From Thermoanaerobaculia bacterium (GTDB taxonomy: Bacteria; Acidobacteriota; Thermoanaerobaculia; UBA5066; Gp7-AA6), in NCBI GenBank assembly GCA_035506175.1, contig DATJPZ010000049.1:13356-77355 (forward strand): DNA of 64,000 bases. The letters run 5' to 3'. Positions 36,360 to 47,143 of the stretch are shown here, in pieces. The translations under genes and the position numbers were made by a program. The first letter of the stretch is position 1. Every line of letters begins with the position of its first letter. A model generated the notes under the pieces. The model saw only the letters and a program-made list of their open reading frames with translations. It did not search any database and was not told where the DNA came from.

Positions 36360-36652
36360 GGATGGGAGGCGGAGGCGGCCGCTCGGGCGGCCGCGGCGGC
36401 GCGGGCCGCGACGGCAAGGGCGGACCGCGCAAGAAGTTCTTCGTCCGGCGGCGGAAGGTCTGCAAGTTCTGCGCGGAAAAGATCGAGTACATCGACTGGA
36501 AGGACATCAAACTGCTCCAGGGCTTCATCCCGGAGCGCGGCAAGATCCTTCCGCGCCGGATCTCGGGAACCTGCGCGCTGCACCAGCGCAAGCTCCAGAC
36601 GGCGATCAAGCGCGCCCGCTCGATCGCGCTGCTTCCGTACGCGACGGACTGA
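36356..36652 (+). CDS. rpsR: 30S ribosomal protein S18
   Basis: ATGA overlap with rpsF; [47 protein letters not shown]. Confidence 0.92.
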   Translation: MRMGGGGGRSGGRGGAGRDGKGGPRKKFFVRRRKVCKFCAEKIEYIDWKDIKLLQGFIPERGKILPRRISGTCALHQRKLQTAIKRARSIALLPYATD

Positions 36653-36680
36653 CCGGCACCCGGGGGACCGGTCCGAGGCG

Positions 36681-37670
36681 ATGACGGCTCCGGAGCCGGG
36701 GATCGAGCCGGCATCGCCGTCGGCCGGGCGCTGGGAGGTGCCGCTCGCGGCGCTCGCAGCGTCGGCGGCGCTGTCGGCAGCCTTCCTCGTCCCGATCGTC
36801 GGCGTCCTCGGCGTGCCCGTGGCCGCGGTCCCCGTGGTTCGGTTGGCGCACCGGCAGGGACTCGCCGCGGCGCTGACCGCGTGCGGGCTCGCCGCCGCCG
36901 CGTCGCTCGGCCTCGGGTGGGCGGGCGGGAGCCTCGGCGGGGGGATCGCGATCGCCCTGCTGACGCTCGCGGTGACCGCGCTTCCGGCGGCGTCGGTCGG
37001 CTTCGTCCGAGCCGGGGCCGACCCCTCACGGTGCTACGCGGGTCTGTGCCTCGCGGGGTGCCTGTTGCTGGCCGCGTGCTTCGCCGTGTCGGCCAGCGGT
37101 CCCGGGGCGACGCTGTCCGCCGAGGTCGGCGCGAGCTTCGACCGCATCATCCCGGCCGCCGTCGAGTCGTACGCGCACTCGGGTGCCGATGCGGACGCGG
37201 TGTCCCGGATGCGGCAGACGCTCGAGGCGGCTCGCGACTTCGCGATGGCTTGCCTCTGGGGAATCTTCGGAGCCCTCTGGGTCCTCGGCGGCGCCGTCGC
37301 GTTCTATGCCGGGGCGGCGGCGGCGAGGCCGGCGGGGACGGCCGAGGCCTCCCGGTTCGAGGCGTTGCGCGTCCCGGCCGCCGGGGCCGGCGTTTTCGTG
37401 GCCGCCGGCGCGGCCTTCGGCCTGCTTTCGGGGGAGGGGCGGCGGCTTGCGGGCAACTTGCTGCTGCCCCTCGTGGCCTTGTATTTCGTCGCCGGCCTCT
37501 CTATCATCTGCCACTTCTTCCGGAGGTGGTTCCGGGTCCGCATCCTGAGGATCGGCCTGTACACGCTGGCGTCGTACTTTCCGATCAACCTCGGGGTCGC
37601 CCTCCTGGGCCTGTTCGACTGGTACATGGATTTTCGCCGACGCGGCGAGGGAGTCATCGAGAAGTCATGA
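36681..37670 (+). CDS. DUF2232 (YybS-like) membrane protein
   Basis: Multi-TM protein between rpsR and rplI, the position occupied by yybS in Firmicutes-like operons. Confidence 0.6.
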   Translation: MTAPEPGIEPASPSAGRWEVPLAALAASAALSAAFLVPIVGVLGVPVAAVPVVRLAHRQGLAAALTACGLAAAASLGLGWAGGSLGGGIAIALLTLAVTALPAASVGFVRAGADPSRCYAGLCLAGCLLLAACFAVSASGPGATLSAEVGASFDRIIPAAVESYAHSGADADAVSRMRQTLEAARDFAMACLWGIFGALWVLGGAVAFYAGAAAARPAGTAEASRFEALRVPAAGAGVFVAAGAAFGLLSGEGRRLAGNLLLPLVALYFVAGLSIICHFFRRWFRVRILRIGLYTLASYFPINLGVALLGLFDWYMDFRRRGEGVIEKS

Positions 37671-38119
37671 AAGTCATTCTGGCCGACGACATCCGCGGGC
37701 TCGGGCACCGCGGTGACACCGTGACCGTCAAGCCGGGCTACGCTCGCAACTACCTCTTCCCGCAGGGCGTGGCGTACGAGGCGACCGACGCCAACGTGCG
37801 CCGCCTCTCGGAAGAGAAGCGCAAGTACGACGAGAAAATGCTCCGCGAGAAGGCCGTGGCCGCGGAAGCCGCGGCGCGGGTCGAAGGTCTCACGGTCACG
37901 ATCACGAAGAAGGCCGGCGAGGAAGGGCACCTCTACGGGTCGGTCACGGCTTCGGAGATCGCCGACGCCCTGGCCGCGAAGAACGTCGAGGTCGACCGCC
38001 GCCGCATCGAGCTCGCCGAGCCGATCCGCCGCGTCGGCCCCCACACCGTCCACGTGCGCCTCCACCGCGACGTCGTCGCGACGCTCACCGTGGACGTTCA
38101 CCCCCAGAGTCTTTCTTAG
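37667..38119 (+). CDS. rplI: 50S ribosomal protein L9
   Basis: ATGA overlap; MKVILADDIRGLGHRGDTVTVKPGYARNYLFPQG. Confidence 0.92.
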   Translation: MKVILADDIRGLGHRGDTVTVKPGYARNYLFPQGVAYEATDANVRRLSEEKRKYDEKMLREKAVAAEAAARVEGLTVTITKKAGEEGHLYGSVTASEIADALAAKNVEVDRRRIELAEPIRRVGPHTVHVRLHRDVVATLTVDVHPQSLS

Positions 38120-38185
38120 CGGACCGCGGCGCGGTCCCACCGGAGAGGGCGGGGACCGTCCCGCCGGGTCGTCTCCCGGGAATCC

Positions 38186-40579
38186 TCAGTGTTCCGCCTG
38201 CTCGTTCGGAGGCAGGGGGCCTTCCTCCGGGAGCTCGCCCTTCTTCGGTGTGTAGAAGGGCTGCTGCAGCGACCAGGGAAGTTTCGCGATCTCCTGCGAG
38301 CGCGCCGTCCATTCCTCGGTCGGCTGAGAACCCGCGACGAACGCCTCGAGAACGGGCAGGGGCGTGTCCGCCGTCGCCTTGAGGCCCGTGTCGTAGTCGA
38401 CCGGCATCAGGACGACGTTGGGCGGCGCCTCGAAGTCCTCCTGCGGGTCGATGCGGCCGTGATCCCGCATCTTCTCGAGAATCCGGATCCATATCGGCAG
38501 GGCGACGCGGGCCCCCTCGGCTCCCTTGCCGATCGAGAGCGTCTTCTGGTCGTTGCCGACCCAGACGCCGATCGTGTAGCGGGGCGTCATGCCGATGAAC
38601 CAGGCGTCGGTCCAGTCGTTGGTCGTCCCCGTCTTGCCGGCGATGTTGAGCTTCAGACCGGCGCGGGCGACGGCGGGCGCGGCCGTGCCGCGCTGGGTCA
38701 CGCCGCGCAGAATCTGCAGCAGCTGAAAGGAAGCCTGCGGGCTCGCGACCTCGCGCGGGTCGGGGTGGCTCTGCTCGAGGACGTCGCCGTTGGCGTCCGT
38801 CACGCGCTCGATGAGGTAGGGAGAAAACGCGAGGCCCTGGTTTGCGAAAACCATGTACGCGCCGGCGAGCTCGGTCAGCGTCACCTCGAAGGCGCCGAGA
38901 GCGAGCGAGGGATACGGCTCGAGAGTCTGGCGCACGCCGAGCCGGTGCGCCGTCTCGATGACACGGGGCAGCCCGACCATCTCGGCCACCCGGATCGCGG
39001 GGATGTTGTACGAGTGCTCGAGCGCCTTGCGGAAGGTCACGATGCCGTGGAACTTTCCGTCGTAGTTGCTCGGCCGGTAGGGCGGCTGGTGCGGGTCGAT
39101 CAGGATCGTGAGCGGACCGTCGAAGACCGTGTCTGCCCCGGTGTAGCCCTGCTCGAGCGCCGTCAGGTAGACGAACGGCTTGAACGCGGATCCGGCCTGC
39201 CGGAGGGCCTGCGTCGAGCGGTTGAACTTCGACTGTCCCCAGTCCGAGCCGCCGACCATCGCGCGGATCGCGCCGCTCGAGTTCTCGAGGATGAGCACGG
39301 CGCCCTGCTCGCGGGGCTCCTGGTCGAGCGCGGCAACGAGACCGCCGTCCTTCGCCTTCTCGAGCGTGACCGTGACGAGATCGCCGGGTCGGAGGATTTT
39401 CGCGGCCGAGCTCGCCCCGGTCCAGGCGACGGTGGCGTTGGGGAGAACGAAGACGCGCTTCCCGACGCGCACGTCGGCGCCGGCCGAGCCGGTCTTCGTC
39501 ACGACGGCGGGGAGGGCGGCACCGTCTTCGAGCTTCGCGTTCTCCCATGCCGGGTCGACGTAGACGTCGAGCGATTTGTAGCCGCTCTCGAAGAGGTTGC
39601 GCGGCCTGTGGAATCCGTGCCGGCGGGAGATCTGCCGGAGCCCCCAGCCGAGAGCCTCCTCGGACCAGGCCTGGAGGTCCGGATCCAACGTCGATTCGAC
39701 GCGCAGCCCGCGGCGGTAGAGGTCCTTCTCGCCGTACGTCTTCTCCAGGTACTGCCGGATCTCTTCCGAGAAATACGGACCGACGAGCGACTCCGGCAGC
39801 GAGGGGGCCTTCGGCAGCGGCTCCTGCTCGGCCGCCCGCTGCTCCGCGTCCGTGATGTAGCCCTCGGCGCGCATCCGGCGCAGCGCGGTCGCGCGCCGCG
39901 CGCGGGCGAGCGTCGGATTCCGGAACGGCGACTGGTCCTCGGGGCGCTGAACGATGCCGGAGAGGAGCGCGGCTTCGGCGAGCGAGACGTCCTTGACGCT
40001 CTTGCCGAAGTAGTAGCGGCTGGCGGCCTCGAAGCCGTAGTTGCCGTGGCCGAGGTAGATCTCGTTGGCGTACATCGTGAGGATCTGGTCCTTCGAGTAG
40101 CGCCGCTCGATTTCGAAGGAGACGAGTGCCTCGTTGACCTTGCGCGAGAGCGTCTTGCGGGGCGACAGGAAGATCGCGCGGGCGAGCTGCTGGGTCAGCG
40201 TCGAGCCGCCCTGCGCGTAGCCGCCCTGGCGCATGTTGGCGACGAGCGCGGAGAACGTGCGCCGAACGTCCACGCCGCCGTGTCGGAAGAAGTTCTTGTC
40301 TTCGGTGGCCACCAGGGCGTGCGTCAGGACGGCGGGGATGTCCGCGCGGGTGATCAGGGTCCGCCGCTCGATCGCGTACCGCGCGATCGTCGAGCCGTCG
40401 CGGGCGAAGATCTGGGTGACGATGTCCGGCCGGTACGTCGCGAGCTCCGAGACCCGCGGCACGCGGATGAAATTCGTGGCGAAGGACCCGACCACGGAAC
40501 CGAGAAACGCGATCAGCGCCAGGGGGAGCACGAGCGCGGCCGCACGGGCGAAGCCTTTCACGCTCCGATTGTGAGGCAT
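38186..40579 (-). CDS. mrcA: Penicillin-binding protein 1A (bifunctional transglycosylase/transpeptidase)
   Basis: GT51 motifs ([23 protein letters not shown]), transpeptidase [20 protein letters not shown]. Confidence 0.9.
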   Translation of the reverse strand: MPHNRSVKGFARAAALVLPLALIAFLGSVVGSFATNFIRVPRVSELATYRPDIVTQIFARDGSTIARYAIERRTLITRADIPAVLTHALVATEDKNFFRHGGVDVRRTFSALVANMRQGGYAQGGSTLTQQLARAIFLSPRKTLSRKVNEALVSFEIERRYSKDQILTMYANEIYLGHGNYGFEAASRYYFGKSVKDVSLAEAALLSGIVQRPEDQSPFRNPTLARARRATALRRMRAEGYITDAEQRAAEQEPLPKAPSLPESLVGPYFSEEIRQYLEKTYGEKDLYRRGLRVESTLDPDLQAWSEEALGWGLRQISRRHGFHRPRNLFESGYKSLDVYVDPAWENAKLEDGAALPAVVTKTGSAGADVRVGKRVFVLPNATVAWTGASSAAKILRPGDLVTVTLEKAKDGGLVAALDQEPREQGAVLILENSSGAIRAMVGGSDWGQSKFNRSTQALRQAGSAFKPFVYLTALEQGYTGADTVFDGPLTILIDPHQPPYRPSNYDGKFHGIVTFRKALEHSYNIPAIRVAEMVGLPRVIETAHRLGVRQTLEPYPSLALGAFEVTLTELAGAYMVFANQGLAFSPYLIERVTDANGDVLEQSHPDPREVASPQASFQLLQILRGVTQRGTAAPAVARAGLKLNIAGKTGTTNDWTDAWFIGMTPRYTIGVWVGNDQKTLSIGKGAEGARVALPIWIRILEKMRDHGRIDPQEDFEAPPNVVLMPVDYDTGLKATADTPLPVLEAFVAGSQPTEEWTARSQEIAKLPWSLQQPFYTPKKGELPEEGPLPPNEQAEH

Positions 40580-40613
40580 TCGCCGCGCTTATGCTATAAG
40601 CGGCGGTTCATCC

Positions 40614-42677
40614 ATGGCGCGCGTTTCCGAACCCGGGAGTCCCCGCTCCTCCGGCAAGCCCCCGAGCTACCTCGAGGCCCAGGCGAAGGCGACCGGGCGC
40701 TTCCAGCTCACGACCGAATTCACGCCGCAGGGCGACCAGGTCCAGGCGATCGAGAAGCTCGTCCGCGGCCTCGAGGAGGGGCGCCGCGACCAGGTGCTGC
40801 TCGGCGTGACGGGCTCGGGGAAGACGTTCACGATCGCGAAAGTCATCGAGGCCGTCAACCGGCCGACCCTCGTCCTGTCGCACAACAAGACGCTCGCCGC
40901 CCAGCTCTACCAGGAGTTCCGCGCGTTCTTTCCGCAGAACTCCGTCGAGTATTTCGTCTCGTACTACGACTACTACCAGCCGGAGGCTTACGTCCCGCAG
41001 ACGGACACCTACATCGAGAAAGAGACCTCCCGGAACGAGGAGATCGACAAGCTGCGCCTGGCGGCCTCGAAGGCCCTCTTCGAGAGGCGCGACGTCATCG
41101 TCGTGGCGTCGGTGTCCTGCATCTACGGCCTCGGCGCCCCCGACTCCTACTACGACATGCTGGCGTACCTCGAGGTCGGCGACACGCAGGGGATGCCGGC
41201 CCTTCTCGCCAAGCTGGTCGCGATGCAATACGAGCGCACCCACATGGACCTCGCCCGCGGAAGTTTCCGCGTGCGGGGCGACGTCCTGGAGATCCAGCCG
41301 GCCTACGAGGACACCGCGGTCCGGGTCGAGTTCTTCGGCGACGAGATCGAGAAGATCACCAGGACCGACCCGCTGCGCGGCACGCCCCTCCAGAAAGTGG
41401 ACCGGCTCGCGCTCTATCCCCGGACTTTCTACGCGACGCCGCGCGAGACGCTCGAGCGGGCGATCGGCACGATACGGGTCGAGCTCGACGAGAGACTGGC
41501 CCGGCTGACAGAGGACGGCAAGCTGCTCGAAGCGCAGCGCCTTCACCAGCGCACGATGTTCGACCTCGAGATGATCAAGGAGCTCGGCTATTGCAACGGC
41601 ATCGAGAACTACTCGCGGCACCTCTCGGGCCGCGCCGCGGGCGAGCCGCCGCCGACGCTCCTCGACTATTTCCCGAAGGACTTTCTCCTGGTCGTGGACG
41701 AGTCGCACGTCACGCTGCCGCAGGTGCGCGGCATGTACTTCGGCGACCGGTCCCGCAAGGAGGTGCTCGTCGAGTACGGGTTCCGCCTGCCCTCGGCCCT
41801 CGACAACCGGCCCCTGACGTACGACGAATTCCGCACCCGCATCCATCAGGTCATCGCGGTCAGCGCCACGCCGGGGCCGGAAGAGCTCGAACGCAGCGGG
41901 GGCGAGATCGTCGAGCAGGTCATCCGGCCCACGGGTCTCGTCGACCCGGCGATCGAGGTGCGGCCGGTCAAGGGCCAGGTGGACGACCTGCTGGCGGTCG
42001 TGCGACAGGCCGCCGCGGACGGCGAGCGCGTGCTCGTGACGACGCTGACCAAACGCATGGCCGAAGAGCTGACCAACTACTTCACGGAAGTCGGCGTCCG
42101 ATGCCGCTACCTCCACTCCGACATCGAGGTCATGGAGCGGGTCGCGATCCTGACGGACTTCCGCCGGGGGGTCTTCGACTGCCTCATCGGGATCAACCTG
42201 CTCCGCGAGGGATTGGACCTTCCCGAGGTCGCCGTCGTCGCGATCCTCGACGCCGACAAGGAGGGGTTCCTCCGCAGCGAAACCTCGCTCATCCAGACGG
42301 CCGGGCGCGCCGCACGGAATCTGAAGGGCCGCGTCCTCTTCTACGCCGACGCCGTGACCGATTCCATGCGCCGGGCGATGGAGGAGACGGCGCGGCGGCG
42401 GGCCCTGCAGGAGGCGTACAACCGGGAGCACGGCGTGGTGCCGGCCTCGATCGTCAAGCAGGTCAACTCGCCGCTCGTCCGGATGTCGAACCTCGACTAT
42501 TACGAGGCCCCGTCGATTCCGCGAGCGGACCTGCCCGATCCCGAGTCGCTCCGCCGGCGCACCGCGGAGCTCGAGAAGCAGATGCGGGCCGCCGCCAAGG
42601 AGCTCGACTTCGAGCGGGCCGCCGCGCTCCGGGACGAGCTTCGGGCGCTGCGCGAGCTCGAGATCTTCCGGGGCTAA
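40614..42677 (+). CDS. uvrB: Excinuclease ABC subunit B
   Basis: [10 protein letters not shown] Walker A, DESHVT, beta-hairpin region, C-terminal UVR domain [25 protein letters not shown]. Confidence 0.95.
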   Translation: MARVSEPGSPRSSGKPPSYLEAQAKATGRFQLTTEFTPQGDQVQAIEKLVRGLEEGRRDQVLLGVTGSGKTFTIAKVIEAVNRPTLVLSHNKTLAAQLYQEFRAFFPQNSVEYFVSYYDYYQPEAYVPQTDTYIEKETSRNEEIDKLRLAASKALFERRDVIVVASVSCIYGLGAPDSYYDMLAYLEVGDTQGMPALLAKLVAMQYERTHMDLARGSFRVRGDVLEIQPAYEDTAVRVEFFGDEIEKITRTDPLRGTPLQKVDRLALYPRTFYATPRETLERAIGTIRVELDERLARLTEDGKLLEAQRLHQRTMFDLEMIKELGYCNGIENYSRHLSGRAAGEPPPTLLDYFPKDFLLVVDESHVTLPQVRGMYFGDRSRKEVLVEYGFRLPSALDNRPLTYDEFRTRIHQVIAVSATPGPEELERSGGEIVEQVIRPTGLVDPAIEVRPVKGQVDDLLAVVRQAAADGERVLVTTLTKRMAEELTNYFTEVGVRCRYLHSDIEVMERVAILTDFRRGVFDCLIGINLLREGLDLPEVAVVAILDADKEGFLRSETSLIQTAGRAARNLKGRVLFYADAVTDSMRRAMEETARRRALQEAYNREHGVVPASIVKQVNSPLVRMSNLDYYEAPSIPRADLPDPESLRRRTAELEKQMRAAAKELDFERAAALRDELRALRELEIFRG

Positions 42678-43045
42678 CCGGGTTTCTGCGCGTCCGGACT
42701 CGCGCCCGCGGGCCTCGCGCCGGCCGGCGTCGCGGCGGGTTTCGGGGTCGGAGTCCGGAGCCCGAGCGGGTTTTTCCGGAGGTAGAGCCGGGCCGCGCCC
42801 TCGACCGGGTCGCCCGAAACCGGCGACGCGATGAGCCTCGGCTTGAAGGCGTTGTCGACCCCGACGCTGACGAGGGCGTTTCCGAGCTGCGCGTCGGGCA
42901 GGTTGGCGACGGCATCCGCCGGGCGCAGGCCGTACGGGACGTTGCAGGGGTAGGCGGCGTGGCACCGCGCGAGCGGCACGAGCTGCGCCGTCGCGGGCGC
43001 CGCGACCGAGGCGAAGACGAGGCCGGCGAGGAGCGCGCGCTTCAT
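42674..43045 (-). CDS. Small secreted hypothetical protein (signal peptide, CHAAYPC pair)
   Basis: Start set at internal ATG 43045 ([21 protein letters not shown] signal) forming an ATGA overlap with the upstream zinc-ribbon gene; the longer ORF to 43243 would overlap that gene. Confidence 0.5.
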   Translation of the reverse strand: MKRALLAGLVFASVAAPATAQLVPLARCHAAYPCNVPYGLRPADAVANLPDAQLGNALVSVGVDNAFKPRLIASPVSGDPVEGAARLYLRKNPLGLRTPTPKPAATPAGARPAGASPDAQKPG

Positions 43046-43257
43046 ATCCAGTGGCACGCGCGGGCGAGACCGGCGAGGACGAGAAGCAGGGCCGCGATCG
43101 CCGCTGCCCACACCGCGGTGCGCGACTTGGTCGGCAGCGGACGCTGCCGCGTGTAGAAGCCCGTCTGCCACCGCTCGAGCTCGCGGTTGCATTTCGGGCA
43201 GACCGGAGTGCCGGGCTCGACCGGGGTGTAGCAGTACGGGCACTCGTACATCGGCAT
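43042..43257 (-). CDS. Small zinc-ribbon membrane protein (CPYC...CPKC plus C-terminal TM helix)
   Basis: 71 aa; two CxxC pairs 13 residues apart, then hydrophobic helix AVWAAAIAALLLVLAGLA. Confidence 0.5.
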   Translation of the reverse strand: MPMYECPYCYTPVEPGTPVCPKCNRELERWQTGFYTRQRPLPTKSRTAVWAAAIAALLLVLAGLARACHWI

Positions 43258-43388
43258 GAGGCGATCATACCGCCGGGCTCCGGCGCGGCGTTCCCCCGCC
43301 GCGAATCTCTCCTTCGGCCCCGGCCCGACGGAGTCGGCCCGGGCTCCGGCGCGGCGTTCCGCCGCCGCGAATCGGGTACACTGACGTC

Positions 43389-45203
43389 GTGGTCGAGGCT
43401 CGCCGCGGACCGGAGAATCTGCCGGATTCCCCGGGTGTCTATCTCTTCCGCGGCGACAGGGGCAGGATCCTCTATGTCGGGAAAGCCCTGTCGCTGCGCA
43501 AGCGCGTGGGGTCCTACTTCAACCCCGCCTACGGCGGCGCGAAGGAGGAGGCCCTGCGCCGGCTCCACCGCGAGGTCGAGACCATCTCGACCCGGACGGA
43601 GCTCGAGGCCCTCCTCCTCGAGAACACCCTCATCAAGAAGCACCGTCCCCGGTACAACGTCTGCCTCCGCGACGACAAGACCTACCCCTACATCAAGGTC
43701 ACGACGGGGGAGGCCTGGCCGCGGGCGCTGGTCACCCGGCGGGTCGAGGAGGACGGCCACTCGTACTACGGGCCCTTCTGGGGAGGTCTCGCCCGCCGGA
43801 TCATGCGAATGATCACGCGGCATTTCCAGATCCGGACCTGCACGATCGAGATCGACGGCAACCTGCCGAGGCCCTGCCTCTACTACGACCTGCACGCGTG
43901 TCTCGGGCCCTGCGTCTCCGGGCTGACGACGAAAGCGGCCTACGACGCGGCGGTCGCCGACGTCGTCCTGTTTCTCGAGGGCCGCAACCGGGAGCTCGAG
44001 GCGAGCCTGACCGAGAAGATGCGCTCCGCCTCGCAGACCGAGAACTTCGAGATGGCGGCCGCTTACCGCGACGCCCTCCGGACCGTGCGCGACGTCTCCG
44101 AGCATCAGGTCGTCCAGTCCCTGAAGGGCGAGAACGTCGACGTCTTCGGTTTCTTCGAATCCGGACAGGACGTGGCGGTGTGCGTGCTCGTCGTGCGCGC
44201 CGGCGTGCTGCAGGACCGCCGGGACTTCTTTTTCGAGAAGGCCCAGGAGCTCGATCCGGCGGCGTTTCTCGAGGCGTTCCTGCCCCAGTTCTACGACGCC
44301 AATCCGTTCCTGCCCGCCGAGATTCACCTGCCCATCGGGATTCCGGGCGCGGCCCTCGTCGAGGGCTACATCGCCGAGCGCCGCGGCGTGAGGGTCGCCG
44401 TCCGGACGCCCCGCCGGGGCCCCGCCGTCGAACGCGTGAAGATGGCCGAGGCGAATGCGCGCGAGCGCCACCGGGTGCGCTTCCGCGGCGCCGGGGGCGA
44501 CGAGGCCGTCGCCGTCGAGCGCCTGGCGCGCGCGATCGGTCTCGGCGTGCCGCCGCGCCGCATCGAGGCCTTCGACATTTCCCACACCCAGGGCACCGAC
44601 AGCGTCGGCTCGCTCGTGGTCTTCGAGGAGGGGAAGCCGAAGAAGGCCGACTACCGGCTCTTCAACGTCGCGTCCCAGGGGCTGCTCGAGCCCGACGACT
44701 TCCGGAGCATGGCCGAGGTCGTGGACCGCCGGTACCGCCGCCTGAAGGCGGAAGAGAGCGCGATGCCCGACCTCGTCCTCGTGGACGGAGGGCGCGGGCA
44801 GCTGCAGGCCGCGCTGACGGCGCTCGATCGCCTCGGACTCGACCTGCCGGCGGTGGGGCTCGCCAAGCGCGAGGAGGAGATCTGGATGCCGGGGCGCCCG
44901 GACCCCGTGCGGTTGTCGCGGAAGGATCCGGCGCTGCAGCTCGTCCAGCGCGTGCGCGACGAAGCGCATCGGTTCGCGATCTCGCGACACCGGGCCCGGC
45001 GAGACAAGCGCATGCGCCAGACCGGCCTGACCGAGATTCCGGGCATCGGGCCGGTGAAGGCCCGCCTCTTGCTTCGGCGCTTCGGCTCGGTCAACGGGTT
45101 GCGCGGCGCCGACCCGACCGAGATCGCGGCCGCCGTCGGGCCGACGACCGCGCGGGCCGTGACGGCGTTTCTCGACTCGCCGGGAGGCTCGGCCGGCGCA
45201 TGA
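43389..45203 (+). CDS. uvrC: Excinuclease ABC subunit C
   Basis: GIY-YIG N-terminus (PGVYLFRGDRGRILYVGKA), UVR domain, EAFDISH, C-terminal HhH. Confidence 0.93.
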   Translation: MVEARRGPENLPDSPGVYLFRGDRGRILYVGKALSLRKRVGSYFNPAYGGAKEEALRRLHREVETISTRTELEALLLENTLIKKHRPRYNVCLRDDKTYPYIKVTTGEAWPRALVTRRVEEDGHSYYGPFWGGLARRIMRMITRHFQIRTCTIEIDGNLPRPCLYYDLHACLGPCVSGLTTKAAYDAAVADVVLFLEGRNRELEASLTEKMRSASQTENFEMAAAYRDALRTVRDVSEHQVVQSLKGENVDVFGFFESGQDVAVCVLVVRAGVLQDRRDFFFEKAQELDPAAFLEAFLPQFYDANPFLPAEIHLPIGIPGAALVEGYIAERRGVRVAVRTPRRGPAVERVKMAEANARERHRVRFRGAGGDEAVAVERLARAIGLGVPPRRIEAFDISHTQGTDSVGSLVVFEEGKPKKADYRLFNVASQGLLEPDDFRSMAEVVDRRYRRLKAEESAMPDLVLVDGGRGQLQAALTALDRLGLDLPAVGLAKREEEIWMPGRPDPVRLSRKDPALQLVQRVRDEAHRFAISRHRARRDKRMRQTGLTEIPGIGPVKARLLLRRFGSVNGLRGADPTEIAAAVGPTTARAVTAFLDSPGGSAGA

Positions 45204-47086
45204 GGGCGGCGTTCGACCACGAGGGCGATATCCGGGGAGTCGACCTCCTCGGGGCCCTCGTCGCCCTGTGGCGCGAAGGCGCCAGCGGCTCGCTCCAGTT
45301 CTCGCGCGCGGGCGCCACGGCGGGGTTCGAGGTCGTGGCGGGAGAGATCGTCGCGACGTCCTCGTCGGACCCGCGCTTCGAGACGGCGGCAATCCTCGTG
45401 CGGGCGGGCAAGCTCGACGCGCGGACCCTCGAGCGCCTGGCCGCGCCGGAGGGAGCCGACCGGGCGCTCCTCGCTCTGCAGGCCGGCGTCCTGACGCGCC
45501 GCGAGTGGCGCTGGGGCGAGAAGATCCGCGCCGTCGAAATCCTCTCGGACCTGCTGACGTGGCTCGAGGGCGAATACTGGTTCCTGCGGACCAACGAGGA
45601 CGGGCGCGAGACGACCGAGCCGCGTCTGCCCATTCCGCGACTCGTGCTCGAGCTGTTCCTGCGGTCCCGGGACCGGAGCCTCGTCCTGAAGCACCTCGGC
45701 GGCGCCGACGTTCCCCTCGCGCGCGCCCCCAGCTTCGACGCCGAGTTTGCGACGTTTGGCCTGACGGCCGACGCGGAGTCGGTCGTCCGGCTGATCGACG
45801 GCACGTCGACCGCCGAGCAGATCGCCAGCGAGGCGCCCGCCGAAGCCTTCGCGGTCGAGAAGCTTCTCGCGGCTCTCGTGACGCTCGGGCTCGTGCACCC
45901 GGAGTTCGGCGCCGGCGGGCGGGCGACGCGGGCGGCCGACGCGACGGACGGTGAGCTCGCCGCGCCCCACGAGGCGCCGGCGCAAGCCGTCGCGGAGGCG
46001 GCGGCCGGGGACGAGGAAGAATGGAAATCAGGGGACGAAGGGGAGGCCGAGGACGGGGACGAACCCTCCGACGACGCCCTGGAGGCCGGCGAGGAAGAGC
46101 CGGAGACCGACGATGAATCCGCCTCGGACATCGAGGAGGTCGAGATCCACGCCGTCGAGGAGGAGCTTCGGGCGTCGTCCGTGGACGAAGGACCGAGCGA
46201 GCTCGGCGACGACGCGGGATGGCGACGCGACCTGGGGTCGGCGCTGGACGAGGCGGCCCCGGGTGCACGGGCGATCCCCGCGGATCTCGAGTTGGCCGCG
46301 CTCCGGTCAGACGACGCCGCCGGCGGGGGCCGCCCGCGCGAGATCGAGATCGGCGGCTCGGCGGATGCCTTCGGCCGCCCGCTCGACTCCGCGACCGGCG
46401 TGGGCGAGCTCGAAAGGCCGAAGCCGCGTGGACTCTCGCCCCTCGTGTGGGTGCTCGCCGCCCTCGGCCTCGCGCTCGTCGTGACGTTGTGGCTCCGGAG
46501 CCGCGGCCCGTCCCCGCCGCCGACCGAGAGCGGCGCCGCCGTGCCGTCGCCCGCCGCAGAAACTCCCGCGGTCGCCGCACCCGAGCCCACGGCGGCCGCC
46601 ACGGTTGCGCCCCTGCCCGCGGCCGAAGCACCGGCGGCCCTGCCGGCGGCGCTCCCGACGACGGCACCGACACCGGTGCCCACGGCGCCACCGCCGCGCG
46701 GCAAACCCACCCCCAGGCCGGCCGTCGCGAAGGGGCCCGCGGCGCCACCCTCCGCGGCCGGATCGCCGCGCGAGGCGTCGTCGTCGCGCCAGCACTGGCT
46801 CGAGCGGGCCGCGCGCGACGCCCAGAAGCTCGCGGCGGACCGGAAGACGCACTACGCCATCCAGCTCGAGCTCGCCTGCGAGGTCCAGTCCCTCACCGAC
46901 GCCTTCCAGCACGACCGTCCGCCGGGCAGCATGTGGCTTCTCGCGACGCCGCATCAGGACAGGACCTGCTTCCGCGTTCTGTGGGGCCACTACCCGACCA
47001 TCGAAGCCGCGCGGCGGGGCCTGTCCGGCACGCCGCGATTCTTCTCGACACCGAAGAACCGGCCGGCCGTCACCGGGGTGCGCTGA
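45200..47086 (+). CDS. DUF4388 domain protein with acidic linker, TM helix, Pro/Ala-rich region and C-terminal SPOR-like domain
   Basis: ATGA overlap with uvrC; N-terminal DUF4388-like (DLLGALVALWREGASGSLQF...ILVRAGKLD); TM LSPLVWVLAALGLALVVTLWL; C-terminal YAIQLELACEV...FRVLWGHYPTIEAARRGL resembles a SPOR peptidoglycan-binding domain. Confidence 0.55.
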   Translation: MRAAFDHEGDIRGVDLLGALVALWREGASGSLQFSRAGATAGFEVVAGEIVATSSSDPRFETAAILVRAGKLDARTLERLAAPEGADRALLALQAGVLTRREWRWGEKIRAVEILSDLLTWLEGEYWFLRTNEDGRETTEPRLPIPRLVLELFLRSRDRSLVLKHLGGADVPLARAPSFDAEFATFGLTADAESVVRLIDGTSTAEQIASEAPAEAFAVEKLLAALVTLGLVHPEFGAGGRATRAADATDGELAAPHEAPAQAVAEAAAGDEEEWKSGDEGEAEDGDEPSDDALEAGEEEPETDDESASDIEEVEIHAVEEELRASSVDEGPSELGDDAGWRRDLGSALDEAAPGARAIPADLELAALRSDDAAGGGRPREIEIGGSADAFGRPLDSATGVGELERPKPRGLSPLVWVLAALGLALVVTLWLRSRGPSPPPTESGAAVPSPAAETPAVAAPEPTAAATVAPLPAAEAPAALPAALPTTAPTPVPTAPPPRGKPTPRPAVAKGPAAPPSAAGSPREASSSRQHWLERAARDAQKLAADRKTHYAIQLELACEVQSLTDAFQHDRPPGSMWLLATPHQDRTCFRVLWGHYPTIEAARRGLSGTPRFFSTPKNRPAVTGVR

Positions 47087-47143
47087 CGGGGCGGCGGCTT
47101 TCTGCTACCCTGAGGAACTCGGCCCACCGACCTTGACGCGCCC

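Noticed and set aside
40608-46748. 2046-aa minus-strand ORF across uvrB-uvrC
   Set aside because: Antisense to two well-supported genes; an Arg/Pro/Gly-rich artefact.
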